A DNA stretch of 64,000 bases from Octopus sinensis (taxonomy: Eukaryota): the NCBI RefSeq assembly GCF_006345805.1, contig NC_043000.1, positions 92,814,001-92,878,000 on the forward strand. The letters run 5' to 3'. The notes under the pieces were generated by a model, which saw nothing but the letters and a program-made list of their open reading frames with translations, was not told where the DNA came from and ran no database searches. The position numbers and the translations under genes were made by a program. Of this stretch, positions 37,326-49,187 are shown one piece after another (positions within the stretch are counted from its first letter, which is position 1; each line of letters begins with the position of its first letter).

Positions 37326-37592
37326 TGTGTGTGTTTGTGTGTCTGTGTTTGTCCCCCTAGCATTGCTTGACAACTGATGCTGGTGTGTTTATGTCCCCGT
37401 TACTTAGCGGTTCGGCAAAAAGAGACCGATAGAATAAGTACTGGGCTTACAAAAGAATAAGTTCCGGGGTCGAGTTGCTCGATTAAAGGCGGTGCTCCAG
37501 CATGGCCGCAGTCAAATGACTGAAACAAGTAAAAGAGTAAAGAGTAAGCATTTCGCCCCGCGTGCTAATGTTACTGCTAGCTCACCGCCTTA
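36890..37592 (-). mobile_element. SINE family B split by a SINE A insertion
   Basis: gaaatactgctaag|...|taagcatttcg rejoins to the consensus; degenerate 14-bp TSD at 36876-36889 and 37593-37606 (11/14). Confidence 0.9.
37080..37544 (+). mobile_element. SINE family A, full length, young
   Basis: ggcgcaggagtggctgtgtggtaag..gagtaaagag; CpGs retained; taag repeated on both sides. Confidence 0.95.
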
Positions 37593-38487
37593 TTGGCGTA
37601 TTTTCTATAGCTAAATGCAACTTCCTAGTGCCAACCACATTACAGAGTGTGCTGGGTGCTTTTACATGGCACTGCATGGGTGCTTTTACATGGAACAACA
37701 TGGGCATTTTTATGTTGCACAGCACAGGTGCTTTTATGTAGCACTGTCTAAGGACTCTTCTAGGTCAATCCACACCACCAGAGTAACCAGTCTTAACACT
37801 TCTGCTACAAAATATGAGTCTTCACAAGTACAACAAGGCAACAGGCATCGTGGTCCTTTGCCATCTCATCTGAAAGGTTCAACATCCTGAGGTTGATCTT
37901 CAGTACTTCACCTCATGTATTCCTGTGTCTCCCACTTCTAAGTGTTCCATCTACTTTGAAAGATCAGCACTTCTCTTTGGAGTTGTCGGCATCCAACCAC
38001 ATCTCATGACCAAACCTGTGCAGTCTTCTCTCTAGCACACAGCAACTAATTCCTCTTATGCCTCACTTCTCTCTCAAAACACTAGCACTGTCGAACCTGT
38101 ACACTTATATTACACATCCAGCAAAGCATACTAACCTCATGTTGTCTCTCCCTCTATGTGTATCTATGTGTGTGTGTGTGTGTGTTTGTGTGCATGTGCT
38201 TGTGTGTGTGCATTTGCTTGTGTGTGTGTGTGTATGTATGTGTGTAATCATTTTCAATTTGAGTATACACCCTGTAGTATACTGTTTAAAGTCTGTTCCC
38301 TGTATTCGCCTACCTGATATCATGAACCATATGGATATAAGTGCCATGGATTTACTTTGGGAATTCCTACATGTCCTTAGAGTTTATGAAATATGAGAGA
38401 AAGAATCTTGTGAATGCCATTTTCTTTCTCTTTCTTTCATATTATACATACATACTCACATACATACATACACACACATATATATAT

Positions 38488-38572
<85 letters not shown>

Positions 38573-38597
38573 ATAATATATATATATATATATAACC

Positions 38598-39190
38598 TCC
38601 TCTGATGTGTAGCATTTCGTGAATGAGGAATTTTGCTACCTTCATTTGAATTTCCTACTGTGAGTAGGTTCATCCAGAACTCTTGATAGGAGGAGATTTA
38701 GTTTTATTTTGAAGATACTTACATTCACCCCATGTAGGTCTCTTAGGCTTTTTGGATGGATACTGAAGAGCTGTGGGCCCTTGAAAACCAAGCTGTTGCA
38801 GTATCTGATTTCATATCTTGATGGTGATGTTGCAACCTTTGGTACTATGCAGTACCACCCTTATCTGTTGTTTGCTTAACTTTTACTGCTAAGGTTTGGT
38901 ACAGATCCTTCCAGGATTTTACAGATGTATATCACTATATATCCTTCCTGCCTTTGTTCTAGAAAATGGAACCTTAACTATTACAGCCTTTCTTTGTAGC
39001 AGATTTAGGAAATATACTTACACTCCATTTAAATGTCTCCAAGGAAGCTATGATATGTTGCACAAGAACTGAGGTCTGAGTACAATGCTTCTTGTAGCAA
39101 AAACAACAGTAAGCTAATGAATGTGATTACATAACTTCTGTCCTTTTGTCATTCATTGATTGTTATTGTAATCAGGACTCACCTGACATT
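38598..39190 (-). mobile_element. CR1-type LINE 3' fragment, decayed
   Basis: Minus frames resemble the CR1 C-terminus: IYI.KILEGSVPN, YCIVPKVATSPS, YCNSLVFKGPQLF, DLHGVNV, PDEPT. Confidence 0.8.
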
Positions 39191-39444
39191 TTGTTCTGAA
39201 GCATGAGCATATTCAGTTTTAACAACTGGTTACTATTGCTGTCTAAGCAAAATCATATGTATGTATGTATGTATATATGCACATGTGTGTGTGTGTGTGT
39301 ATGCATACAAACATACTTACATTCATACGTAAGTATGTATGTATATTCATATATATATGTATACATATATATTTTTGCATATATATATATATATATATAA
39401 TTTATGTGTGTGTGTGTATGCATTATGTATGTGTATATCTATCT

Positions 39445-39500
<56 letters not shown>

Positions 39501-39506
39501 ATGATG

Positions 39507-39538
<32 letters not shown>

Positions 39539-40225
39539 ATACACATATATACATATACATATGTGTGTATATATATATATATAAATATATATATATACAT
39601 AAAGTTTTCTTCCCATTTTCATCTACCAAACCCACTCACAAGATTGTAGCAAGTTTGGCGCTATAGAAGAAAATACTTGCCCAAGGTACCACACAGTGGG
39701 ACTGAACCAAAGAGTTTTGCAGTTGGGTTTAACTGTGTGCTACCTTGGGCATCTATATCTCAAAATGATTTAAGGGAAACAGTGAAAGAATGTTATGTAC
39801 TGTAAAAGATCTTTACTTACTTTTTGGTTGTGCTTCAAGGTTTTAATGTTTCGGAAGCATTTAGAGAAGGATATCATTACTATTTTTAGTCACCTTTACC
39901 GAAGTGGATGTGTGAAGAGGCAACAGAAGATTTATCACAGTATTATATTGTTGATATGGGAGGTTTGGAGGTGGGATTTCCTGGTAGGGGTTTCTGGTAA
40001 TGAGGAAAACAGCAGAAGTAAAACTTAGACAAACATACAAGCACACGTGTTACATGCTCACACAATTATAGTTGTCTATATATTTTATTTATGCATTATA
40101 TATACTACATACGTATATATATATATATATATATATAACATATACTGTATATATATATATATATATTACATATACTGTATATATTATATATATATATATA
40201 TTATATATATATATTACATATACTG

Positions 40226-40262
<37 letters not shown>

Positions 40263-40269
40263 CATATAC

Positions 40270-40723
40270 TTGTAAACGTAATATGTGACAATTATTCAGT
40301 AGCCATGATAAAACTCTGAGTTTTGGATGCCGAGGTGGAAATCGACGCCACCATCTCTTCAGTTATCTGGCCATCAGAAAAATGCTATGAAAAATGACCG
40401 TTATACAAAAGGAAATTACTGTGGGATTGACCGTTATTAAAACAAAAGAGCTATTCAAATGACCGCTAAGTAAGGGGAGGAGTAAAAATAAGGGGGTAAA
40501 AAGTTCATAGTATTTGCAAAAGCGTGCCTGTTCATACTTACACATGTGCGTCTTAATAACGGTCAATCACACAGTAATTTCCCTTTGTATAACGCTAATT
40601 TTCCATAACATTTTCCCAATGACTGGATAACTGAAGAGATGGCACCGTGGATTTCCACCTTGGCATCAGAAAATTGGACTTTTATCATGGCTACCGAATA
40701 ATTATCACATATTACATTTACTG
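40270..40723. mobile_element. Foldback MITE with about 165-bp TIRs
   Basis: 40272-40440 is the reverse complement of 40555-40721; about 115-bp spacer; CAGTAAA-like terminus. Confidence 0.9.
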
Positions 40724-41155
40724 ATATATTCCATAATATCGCGTTCTCTTTCTTTCTTTTGTTGTCTTACCATTTTTATCAATATATTACATATATTGTA
40801 TATATATATATATATTTCAGCTAGGCATTGCAAGACTAATAGCTGGTGTAGAACTCATTATACATACATTTCATAACAAAGTGTTAGTTGAGTATATGAT
40901 GGTAATAAGAAAGAATGATGACAAAGGAATAAGTGACGATCTTATGAACTTTATTAGCTTGCAGCTGTTTCAGCTATAGAATGCAGTGGACTCATAGTTG
41001 AGTGCCTGAGTAACATCTAATAGTTTCATCGAAGCCTCGAATATGACATGCATATACACAAACATACACACACGCACACACATATATATGTGTATGTGTA
41101 TGTCATCATCATCATCATCATTGTTTAACGTCCGTTTTCCATGCTAACATATATT

Positions 41156-41189
<34 letters not shown>

Positions 41190-41207
<18 letters not shown>

Positions 41208-41530
41208 TAAATTAGAGATAAAACCACTATTAGGCAAATCAAACAGTGAAAATCATAAGCCAATACTATAAAATTAGATTTAATCCTAAATCTAATTTTT
41301 CCCTGTAAGTTTGGATTTACTCCCTAATTTTATTAAGTTTACGAAAATAAACAAAAGACGAAGGCTGGCGGTGTACAAACAAACAGATGTATTAGTATAG
41401 CACTCACAAATAGAAAAAGTCTTTTACGTTTCAAGCCTATGCTCTTCTACAGAAAGAAACACAGAAAAAGCAAGGAGAGAAAAAATTATGTGTAGTAGCT
41501 AACGATCTATCATGGCGTCTGACTAGGACA
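41190..41530 (-). mobile_element. Penelope-like family F terminal fragment with minimal hammerhead motif
   Basis: Minus 41456-41421: cttt CTGTAGA A GAGC atag GCTT GAAAC GTA aaag. Confidence 0.6.
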
Positions 41531-41636
41531 AAATATATATATACATATATATATATAGGCATTATTAAATCTCAGATATATATATATACAGGGTAGCTCA
41601 AAAAGTCTTGCACCAAAACATTTCACATTTTATTTA

Positions 41637-41684
<48 letters not shown>

Positions 41685-41925
41685 TTAGGTGGTGTGCTGG
41701 CAAACTCATTAGTATGCTGGACGAAATGCTTAGCGCTATTTCGTCTGTTGCTTTGTTCTGAGTTCAAATTCTGGCAAGGTCGACTTTGCCCTGCATCCTT
41801 TTGGGGTGGGGTCAATGAAATAAGTACTAGTTATTCACTGGAGTTGATGTAATCGACTATCCCACTTCCTACAAAATTTTCAAGGTTTTGTGCCTAGACT
41901 AGAAATAATAATAATAATAATAATA

Positions 41926-41958
<33 letters not shown>

Positions 41959-42214
41959 TATTATTATTATTACTTAGGTGGTGTGCTGGCAAACTCATTA
42001 GTATGCTGGACGAAATGCTTAGCGCTATTTCGTCTGTTGCTTTGTTCTGAGTTCAAATTCTGGCAAGGTCGACTTTGCCCTGCATCCTTTTGGGGTGGGG
42101 TCAATGAAATAAGTACTAGTTATTCACTGGAGTTGATGTAATCGACTATCCCACTTCCTACAAAATTTTCAAGGTTTTGTGCCTAGACTAGAAATAATAA
42201 TAATAATAATAATA

Positions 42215-42255
<41 letters not shown>

Positions 42256-42620
42256 CATCATTAAATGGCGGTGCCCCAGCATGGCCACAGCTCATGAGCT
42301 GAAACTAGAATCAATCAATCATTATTATTATTATTATTATCATTATAAAAACAGTGAGCTGACAGAATTGTTAGTACATTGGGCAAATGCTTAGCGGTAC
42401 TTTGTCCAACTTCACATTCTGAGTTCAAATTCTGCTGAGAGTGATTTTGCCTTTCATCCTTTTGCGGTCAATTAAATAAATACCAGTCATGCACTGGGGT
42501 CGATGTAATCAACTATCTCCCTCCCCAAAATGTTATGCCTTGTGCCTATCATAGAAAATATTATTACTATTATCATTATTATTTTTATTATCATCCTCAT
42601 TATTATTGTTATTATTATTA

Positions 42621-42862
42621 TTTGATGAAAATTCTCAGCTTATTTTTTGGGGTATGAAGGAAAGTGTCAGCTGTCCACAGCCAGCAGACTAAGGTGACAC
42701 TTGTTTACTGGTCACGTTTCAAGAACCCTGTGAAGAAAATTGTTGCAGTTCCAAGTAATACTGATTTTTGTAGATGTTCCCATGGCAATCTTTTTGAGCC
42801 ATGTTTGGAGTTGAGTGCTGATACTTCCAAGTGTGCCAGTTACTATTGGTATCACATCTACC
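42621..42862 (-). mobile_element. R4/Dong-type (RLE) LINE 3' end, copy 1
   Basis: VDVIPIVTGTLGSISTQLQTWLKKI, then after a frameshift LQKSVLLGTATI; ends in (TAA)n. Confidence 0.75.
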
Positions 42863-43528
42863 ATCATCATCATCATCGTCATGACCATCGTCAACGTCAT
42901 GATCATGATCATTATTATTATTATTATTAAGGCAGCGAGCTTGCAGAATTGTTAGCATGCCAGGCAAAATGCTTACCTGCATTTCGTCTGTCTTCCTGAT
43001 CTGAGTTCAAATTCTGCTGAGGTCGACTTTGCCTTTCATCCTTTTGGAGTCACTGAAGTACCAGTCAAGTACTGGGATTGATGTGATTGACTTACGCACT
43101 TTGCCCAAAATTTCAGGCCTTGTGTCTATAGTAGAAAGGATTATAATTATTATTATTATCGTTTCTCTTCAATATACCCTTATTTCAACTGCCTAAGTAC
43201 TGGGCATCCATTATTATTATTATTCTAATTATTATTATTATTGTTGTTATTATTGTTATTATTATTATTATTATTTTATTATTATTATTACTTAGGTGGT
43301 GTGCTGGCAAACTCATTAGTATGCTGGACGAAATGCTTAGCGCTATTTCGTCTGTTGCTTTGTTCTGAGTTCAAATTCTGGCAAGGTCGACTTTGCCCTG
43401 CATCCTTTTGGGGTGGGGTCAATGAAATAAGTACTAGTTATTCACTGGAGTTGATGTAATCGACTATCCCACTTCCTACAAAATTTTCAAGTTTTGTGCC
43501 TAGACTAGAAATAATAATAATAATAATA

Positions 43529-43569
<41 letters not shown>

Positions 43570-43937
43570 CATCATTAAATGGCGGTGCCCCAGCATGGCC
43601 ACAGCTCATGAGCTGAAACTAGAATCAATCAATCATTATTATTATTATTATTATTATCATTATAAAAACAGTGAGCTGACAGAATTGTTAGTACATTGGG
43701 CAAATGCTTAGCGGTACTTTGTCCAACTTCACATTCTGAGTTCAAATTCTGCTGAGAGTGATTTTGCCTTTCATCCTTTTGCGGTCAATTAAATAAATAC
43801 CAGTCATGCACTGGGGTCGATGTAATCAACTATCTCCCTCCCCAAAATGTTATGCCTTGTGCCTATCATAGAAAATATTATTACTATTATCATTATTATT
43901 TTTATTATCATCCTCATTATTATTGTTATTATTATTA

Positions 43938-44179
43938 TTTGATGAAAATTCTCAGCTTATTTTTTGGGGTATGAAGGAAAGTGTCAGCTGTCCACAGCCA
44001 GCAGACTAAGGTGACACTTGTTTACTGGTCACGTTTCAAGAACCCTGTGAAGAAAATTGTTGCAGTTCCAAGTAATACTGATTTTTGTAGATGTTCCCAT
44101 GGCAATCTTTTTGAGCCATGTTTGGAGTTGAGTGCTGATACTTCCAAGTGTGCCAGTTACTATTGGTATCACATCTACC
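43938..44179 (-). mobile_element. R4/Dong-type (RLE) LINE 3' end, duplicated copy
   Basis: Matches 42621-42862. Confidence 0.75.
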
Positions 44180-44566
44180 ATCATCATCATCATCGTCATG
44201 ACCATCGTCAACGTCATGATCATGATCATTATTATTATTATTAAGGCAGCGAGCTTGCAGAATTGTTAGCATGCCAGGCAAAATGCTTACCTGCATTTCG
44301 TCTGTCTTCCTGATCTGAGTTCAAATTCTGCTGAGGTCGACTTTGCCTTTCATCCTTTTGGAGTCACTGAAGTACCAGTCAAGTACTGGGATTGATGTGA
44401 TTGACTTACGCACTTTGCCCAAAATTTCAGGCCTTGTGTCTATAGTAGAAAGGATTATAATTATTATTATTATCGTTTCTCTTCAATATACCCTTATTTC
44501 AACTGCCTAAGTACTGGGCATCCATTATTATTATTATTCTAATTATTATTATTATTGTTGTTATTA

Positions 44567-44625
<59 letters not shown>

Positions 44626-44879
44626 ATTATTATTATTATTGTTGTTATTATTATCATTATTATTATTATCATTTTTCTTATTATTATTATTGTTACTACT
44701 ATTACTACTACCACCATTATTATTATTATTATTATAATTATTATTATTATTATCATTATTCATTTTGTTCATCAAGAACAAGTATGTGTGTATTAATCAT
44801 TATTTCATTTATTCTATTCAATTTCAGAGAAATTGAAGCTTGTCTTTGACAATGCAAGAGTGTGGTTTTTGGCCTACCC

Positions 44880-45240
44880 CATAATAATCATGTGAAACAT
44901 GTCATGATGGCAGAATTATAGAGTAGACCAAGCTGTAAAAACTAAGAGACAGAATGGGAAAGACCATGCACAAGGGGCCTGCAAGAAACAATGTCAATTA
45001 GCTAGAAGAGAAGCTAGATGTCTGGTGTATATATCATTGAGGAAAACTCAGAGCAAGAGGTGCTACAAACTTCAAAACTATTTGTTAGAGTCAGTTGATA
45101 TACCACTTGTTGAAAAATGTTTTCAAAATTACTACAGTACACTTAGCACTCAATGATGCTGAGAAAAATGAAATTTGGAATGCTTACATGAGGAAATTCT
45201 GAATGCAAAGAACATACAAGAGAAATGGAAATAACCCAGT
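44880..45240 (+). mobile_element. RTE family E endonuclease-RT linker relic
   Basis: VDQAVKTKRQ..QLARREAR..LNDAEKNEIW; a similar piece lies at about 48690-48875. Confidence 0.55.
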
Positions 45241-45601
45241 TGGACTCAAAACAAGGAGCAGTTATTGAGAGTTACATGGCTGAAATTAATATTAAAATAT
45301 GAAAGCAGCAGCTCAACCAGGGACAGTAATAATGGTCACTGGAATGTCAAAAATATTTTTATTCGTTTGCTTGATGTCTTTTTTCCTTACCTACATAGGT
45401 TAGACAGAATCAATACAAAGGCATTGATTTATGGACAGATACCCTTCCAATAACTAGCTAACAGTTTTCCAAGTAAGGGTTATTTTTTATTCTGCACATA
45501 CTTGAATGTTTAGTTATAGAAAACAACCTGCTGATAGAGAATGATTACAAGCATTTGTAAACTAAGCGAATTTTCTTTTTTCTTTCCTTTTATGCAGGGC
45601 A

Positions 45602-46290
45602 CATGTTGCAAGAGATTGTAAAAGGTCTTTACCTCAATGAGGCCAAGACTGAATACATAAACAAGTGCCTGTCCAACAGTGATTGCATCATCCATACTCT
45701 CAACAATGCGCCCTTAAATATGGTTTCTGATTACAAATATCTTGGGTCATACATATCATCATCTGGAGAAGACTTTCTAACTAGAAAGGGTATGGCCTGG
45801 TCAGCCTGTAATGACATGCATAAGATCTGGTTATCAAATCTAAGTAGAGACTTCAAACTTGAAATCTTCAAAGCCACAGTCGAACCAATTCTACTCAGAA
45901 ACCTGGATGTTATCAAAGAAGCTTGAGAGAGGTTGGATGGAACCTACACTCGCCTCCTTATGAGAGCTCAAAATCTCTCGTGGAAGCGCCATCCAACCCA
46001 AATGCAAATATATGGGAAACTACCACCTGTGTCATCTCTTGTGAAAGCTAAGAGTGTCCAGTTTGCTGGACATTGTTGTAGAGCTGAGAGAGAGGTAATT
46101 TCTACTCTTCTCCTCTGGAAGCCATCTACTCACAATACCAGAGGGTGCACACTCTCCTACCCTGATATAATCTCCAGGGATACAGGCATCCAGCAACAGG
46201 ACCTCTGTAATGCCATGATGGACCATGAAGTCTGGCGTAGCATGGTAAATTCCATTGTCTCAACCACGGTCGAACAATGATGATGATGAC
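45602..46290 (+). mobile_element. Second RTE-clade LINE family, 5'-truncated, with (TGA)n tail
   Basis: GLYLNEAKTEY, YKYLGSYI, IFKATVEPILL, LDGTYTRLLMRA, QFAGHCCRA, stop at 46278-46280, then tgatgatga. Confidence 0.9.
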
Positions 46291-47591
46291 ATGTTGCAAA
46301 CAATCACACAGATATACACACATACACACAAATGTATGCATGCACAAACTAATATATCATAGACAAATCACTAAAAGCACAAATGAATGAGCAAATTAGA
46401 CAGGCTATTTATGTACTAGTCTACTTGAAGACTACTATTCATAACAGCTGGCCTATATTATTCACTAGGAAAGGAAGATGGACATATTTTCCCTGAGGAG
46501 TGGTCAACGAATTTTGAAGTGGTCCTTCAGGAGACTTCTGCCTCTTTCTTTTATGCATCAAAAGCATAGAAATAATGTGTTTACATTTTTATGTAATATA
46601 CAGTGAGACTTTCTAATATCTGAATTTATTTTGTCTTTTTCTGATTTTTGCTGTTTGAGTATTATATGTGTGTGTGTGTGTGCACGCATGTGTGTGTGCG
46701 CACGCATGTATGTGTATATATATATTCTAGTGAACCTTGGGATGGGTATTATGCTGGTAATAATAATACAAATACAAATGTGAAATATATATATGTGTGT
46801 GTATGTGTGTGTATATTTACATTCACATTCATATAGATATACTAAGATAAATACATAATCACAAATACATATTTACCCACTTGCACACATCTCTGTACGA
46901 TCACAGACATGCTTTGCTAATATACATATGCATTCACATAAAGAGATAGCGCAAACAAGTTTATTAAGAGAGAAAATCCTTGGCTTGTCATTGAGCTTTT
47001 GGTGGATTACCTGAAAGCTAAACCATATGCCAGTGATATGAACCATGTAGCTAAATCTACTCTTGCTAAATGCTGCAATGATGCAATGATGCTACATGTA
47101 TATAGTTACTAACTTTACTGCACACATTTGAGTAAACAAACACAGAGGAAATAATACTTCATTAATAATACTTACCAGAAAACAAACTAGAGCGAAGAGG
47201 GCAAAATTCTGGTTTAAGTATCCCATGTAACCCCCCCATAAATTGTTTGTTTTGGGAATTATCAGCCAAGTTTTGTGACTTTGTGTTCTACACACAGGAA
47301 TTTATATGATTATGAAAAAATTGTTTTTTAATTTTGAATATTCCACTGCCCCATAATTCTTACAAGTTCCCCTCGTTTTTTGAATTTTTTTGAATTTTTT
47401 TTATCAGAGTTTAAAATATGGACTGTCTGAACTTTTTGCTTAAATCCAACAATAGACCACCCTTAGGGGCATCATCACTCCATTAATTGTATTAATAGGG
47501 AGAAAAATGTTGAAAACATCAACACACGTCAGAGTGACAAAGAAACAAGAAAGGTATCAGGTGGTCATGAGATGTGCTAAGAACAGCAGCT

Positions 47592-47781
47592 AAATTTGCC
47601 ATAGTTCTGCAATGACCAAAATAAAGTAGGGCTGAGCTTCTTGTCTAAGAACAAATCATCAGAATCTCAAGATGCATTGGACAGCATTCATTAGATCTAT
47701 TTAGAGTCAAGTTAAATTAGAGTTGAGTGTCTTGTCTAAAGATGTGTCGTTAGCAGTGTCTTGACTCTTTTTTAGCTCTAA
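47592..47781 (+). repeat. About 190-bp local direct repeat, copy 1 (copy 2 at 48849-49040)
   Basis: aaatttgccatagttctgcaa..tttttagctctaaat occurs twice with scattered substitutions. Confidence 0.9.
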
Positions 47782-47891
47782 ATCACACACAAAAAAATTT
47801 GTTTTTGAATAATTGTATGAATTATGATGTACAGAACACAAATTCATAAAACTTTTCTGAAAATTCCCAAAAAGTTATAAGGGATGCTTAA

Positions 47892-48112
47892 CCCTTTAGC
47901 ATTCAGATTTCTTTGTGAAATTTATTGCTTATTTATCCATGCTGTTTTTGAATTAATCACATATTATTTTGCGGCTTCAAAATTCAAATGGTGTGGCTAT
48001 ATATTTTTAAAATGACATTGTAGGGTAGGTGTGAGAGGTTGGATCCAGACAGTTTTAATATAAAACAGATAGATTATTTGGGCCGGATATGGCCGGATTA
48101 AATGCTAAAGGG
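47892..48112. mobile_element. piggyBac-type MITE
   Basis: TTAA|ccctttagcatt ... aatgctaaaggg|TTAA; perfect 12-bp TIR. Confidence 0.95.
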
Positions 48113-48309
48113 TTAAAGCAAAATTCCACTCAGGATAGATTGCTGTGAATGCCAAGTCTTCCCTTGGAAAAAAATTTGACATTCCCCATAGACTATTTGC
48201 TAAATGCAGATAACAAACTATAGAAGGCATGGAAAGGAAATGATACTTCTACAAAACATAGACTAAGAGGGGTTTACAGTGATGTGTATGGAGAAAGGTG
48301 ACAGGAAAT

Positions 48310-48590
48310 CATCATCATCGTCATCATCGTTTAATATCCTCCTTCCATGCTGGCATGGGTTGGTCGGTTTGACAGGAGCTGGCCAAGCAGAAGCCTGCAC
48401 CAGTCACCTGTGTCTATTCTGGTATGTTTTTTTAAAACTGGATGCCATTCCTAACCCCAACCACCCAGTAGAATGGACAGAGTGCTTTTTATGTGGTACA
48501 AGTGCAGGTGAGGTTAGTTTTGGCATGGTTTTTACAACTAGATGCCCTTCCAAATGCCAACCACTTTACAGTGTAGAGTGGGTACTTAAG
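48310..48590 (-). mobile_element. RTE family E 3' tail
   Basis: catcatc..ttccatgctggcatgggttgg..ggatgccattcctaaccccaaccac. Confidence 0.85.
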
Positions 48591-49187
48591 AACTTATAAT
48601 AAAGAAGACATCAGGAATTTCTACAAGACAATTTCTTGTAGGCCACCAATGCGATTTGTGGTCAATGCAAAGTAACAGTCATCTGAAAAGTGTTATGGTG
48701 GTAGAATTTACACTGAAGACTAGGATGTAAAAACCAACAGACATGATGACAAGGACTAAAAGATGGGGTGTTACAAGGAATAATACCAATTAGCTATAAG
48801 AGAATTAAGATGTCAGTATACGTTGCATGGAGGGAAATTGAAAGAAAAAAATTTGCCATAGTTCTGCAACGACCAAAATAAAGTAGGGCTGAGCTTCTTG
48901 TCTAAGCACAAATCATCAGCATCTCAAGATGCATTGGACAGCAATTGTTAGAGCCATTTAGAGTCAAGTTAGATTAGAGTTGATTGTCTTGTCTAAAGAT
49001 GTGACATCAGAAGTGTCTTGACTCTTTTTTAGCTCTAAATGGCTCTAATGAATGATGTCTATTGCACCTTGAAACACTGTTGATGACATGTTATGATGAT
49101 GATGATAATGATGATATATTTTTTAAAGAGTTTTGTGCAGTGGCAATGTGTATACATGTATGTATATATGTGCATTGGCAATGTGTA

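Larger units (their letters stand above)
36790..38150 (-). mobile_element. RTE family E 3' fragment (RT C-terminus plus UTR), interrupted by nested SINEs
   Basis: Minus frames VSMLCWMC..LREK..ERRLHRFGHE..G..RSGRHRNT; the tail resumes across the insertion. Confidence 0.85.
41683..44590. repeat. Near-identical tandem duplication: 289-bp partial unit plus two units of about 1318 bp
   Basis: acttaggtggtgtgctggc starts at 41683, 41972 and 43290; the differences I could see are repeat-length changes and a 1-nt indel. Confidence 0.95.

Noticed and set aside
41683-44590. Repeat-spacer appearance (CRISPR-like)
   Set aside because: Units are hundreds of bp of duplicated SINE/LINE debris in a eukaryotic context, with no short repeats separating unique spacers.
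47176-47226. Minus-strand MGYLNQNFALFALVCFL|GTAAGT, like a signal-peptide exon
   Set aside because: It lies at the edge of an AT-rich stretch (to about 47470) that looks like a DNA-transposon end, has no promoter support, and is short enough to arise by chance.
47592-49040. LTR retrotransposon interpretation of the 190-bp direct repeats
   Set aside because: No TG..CA termini, PBS, PPT or TSD; the interior is a MITE plus LINE fragments.
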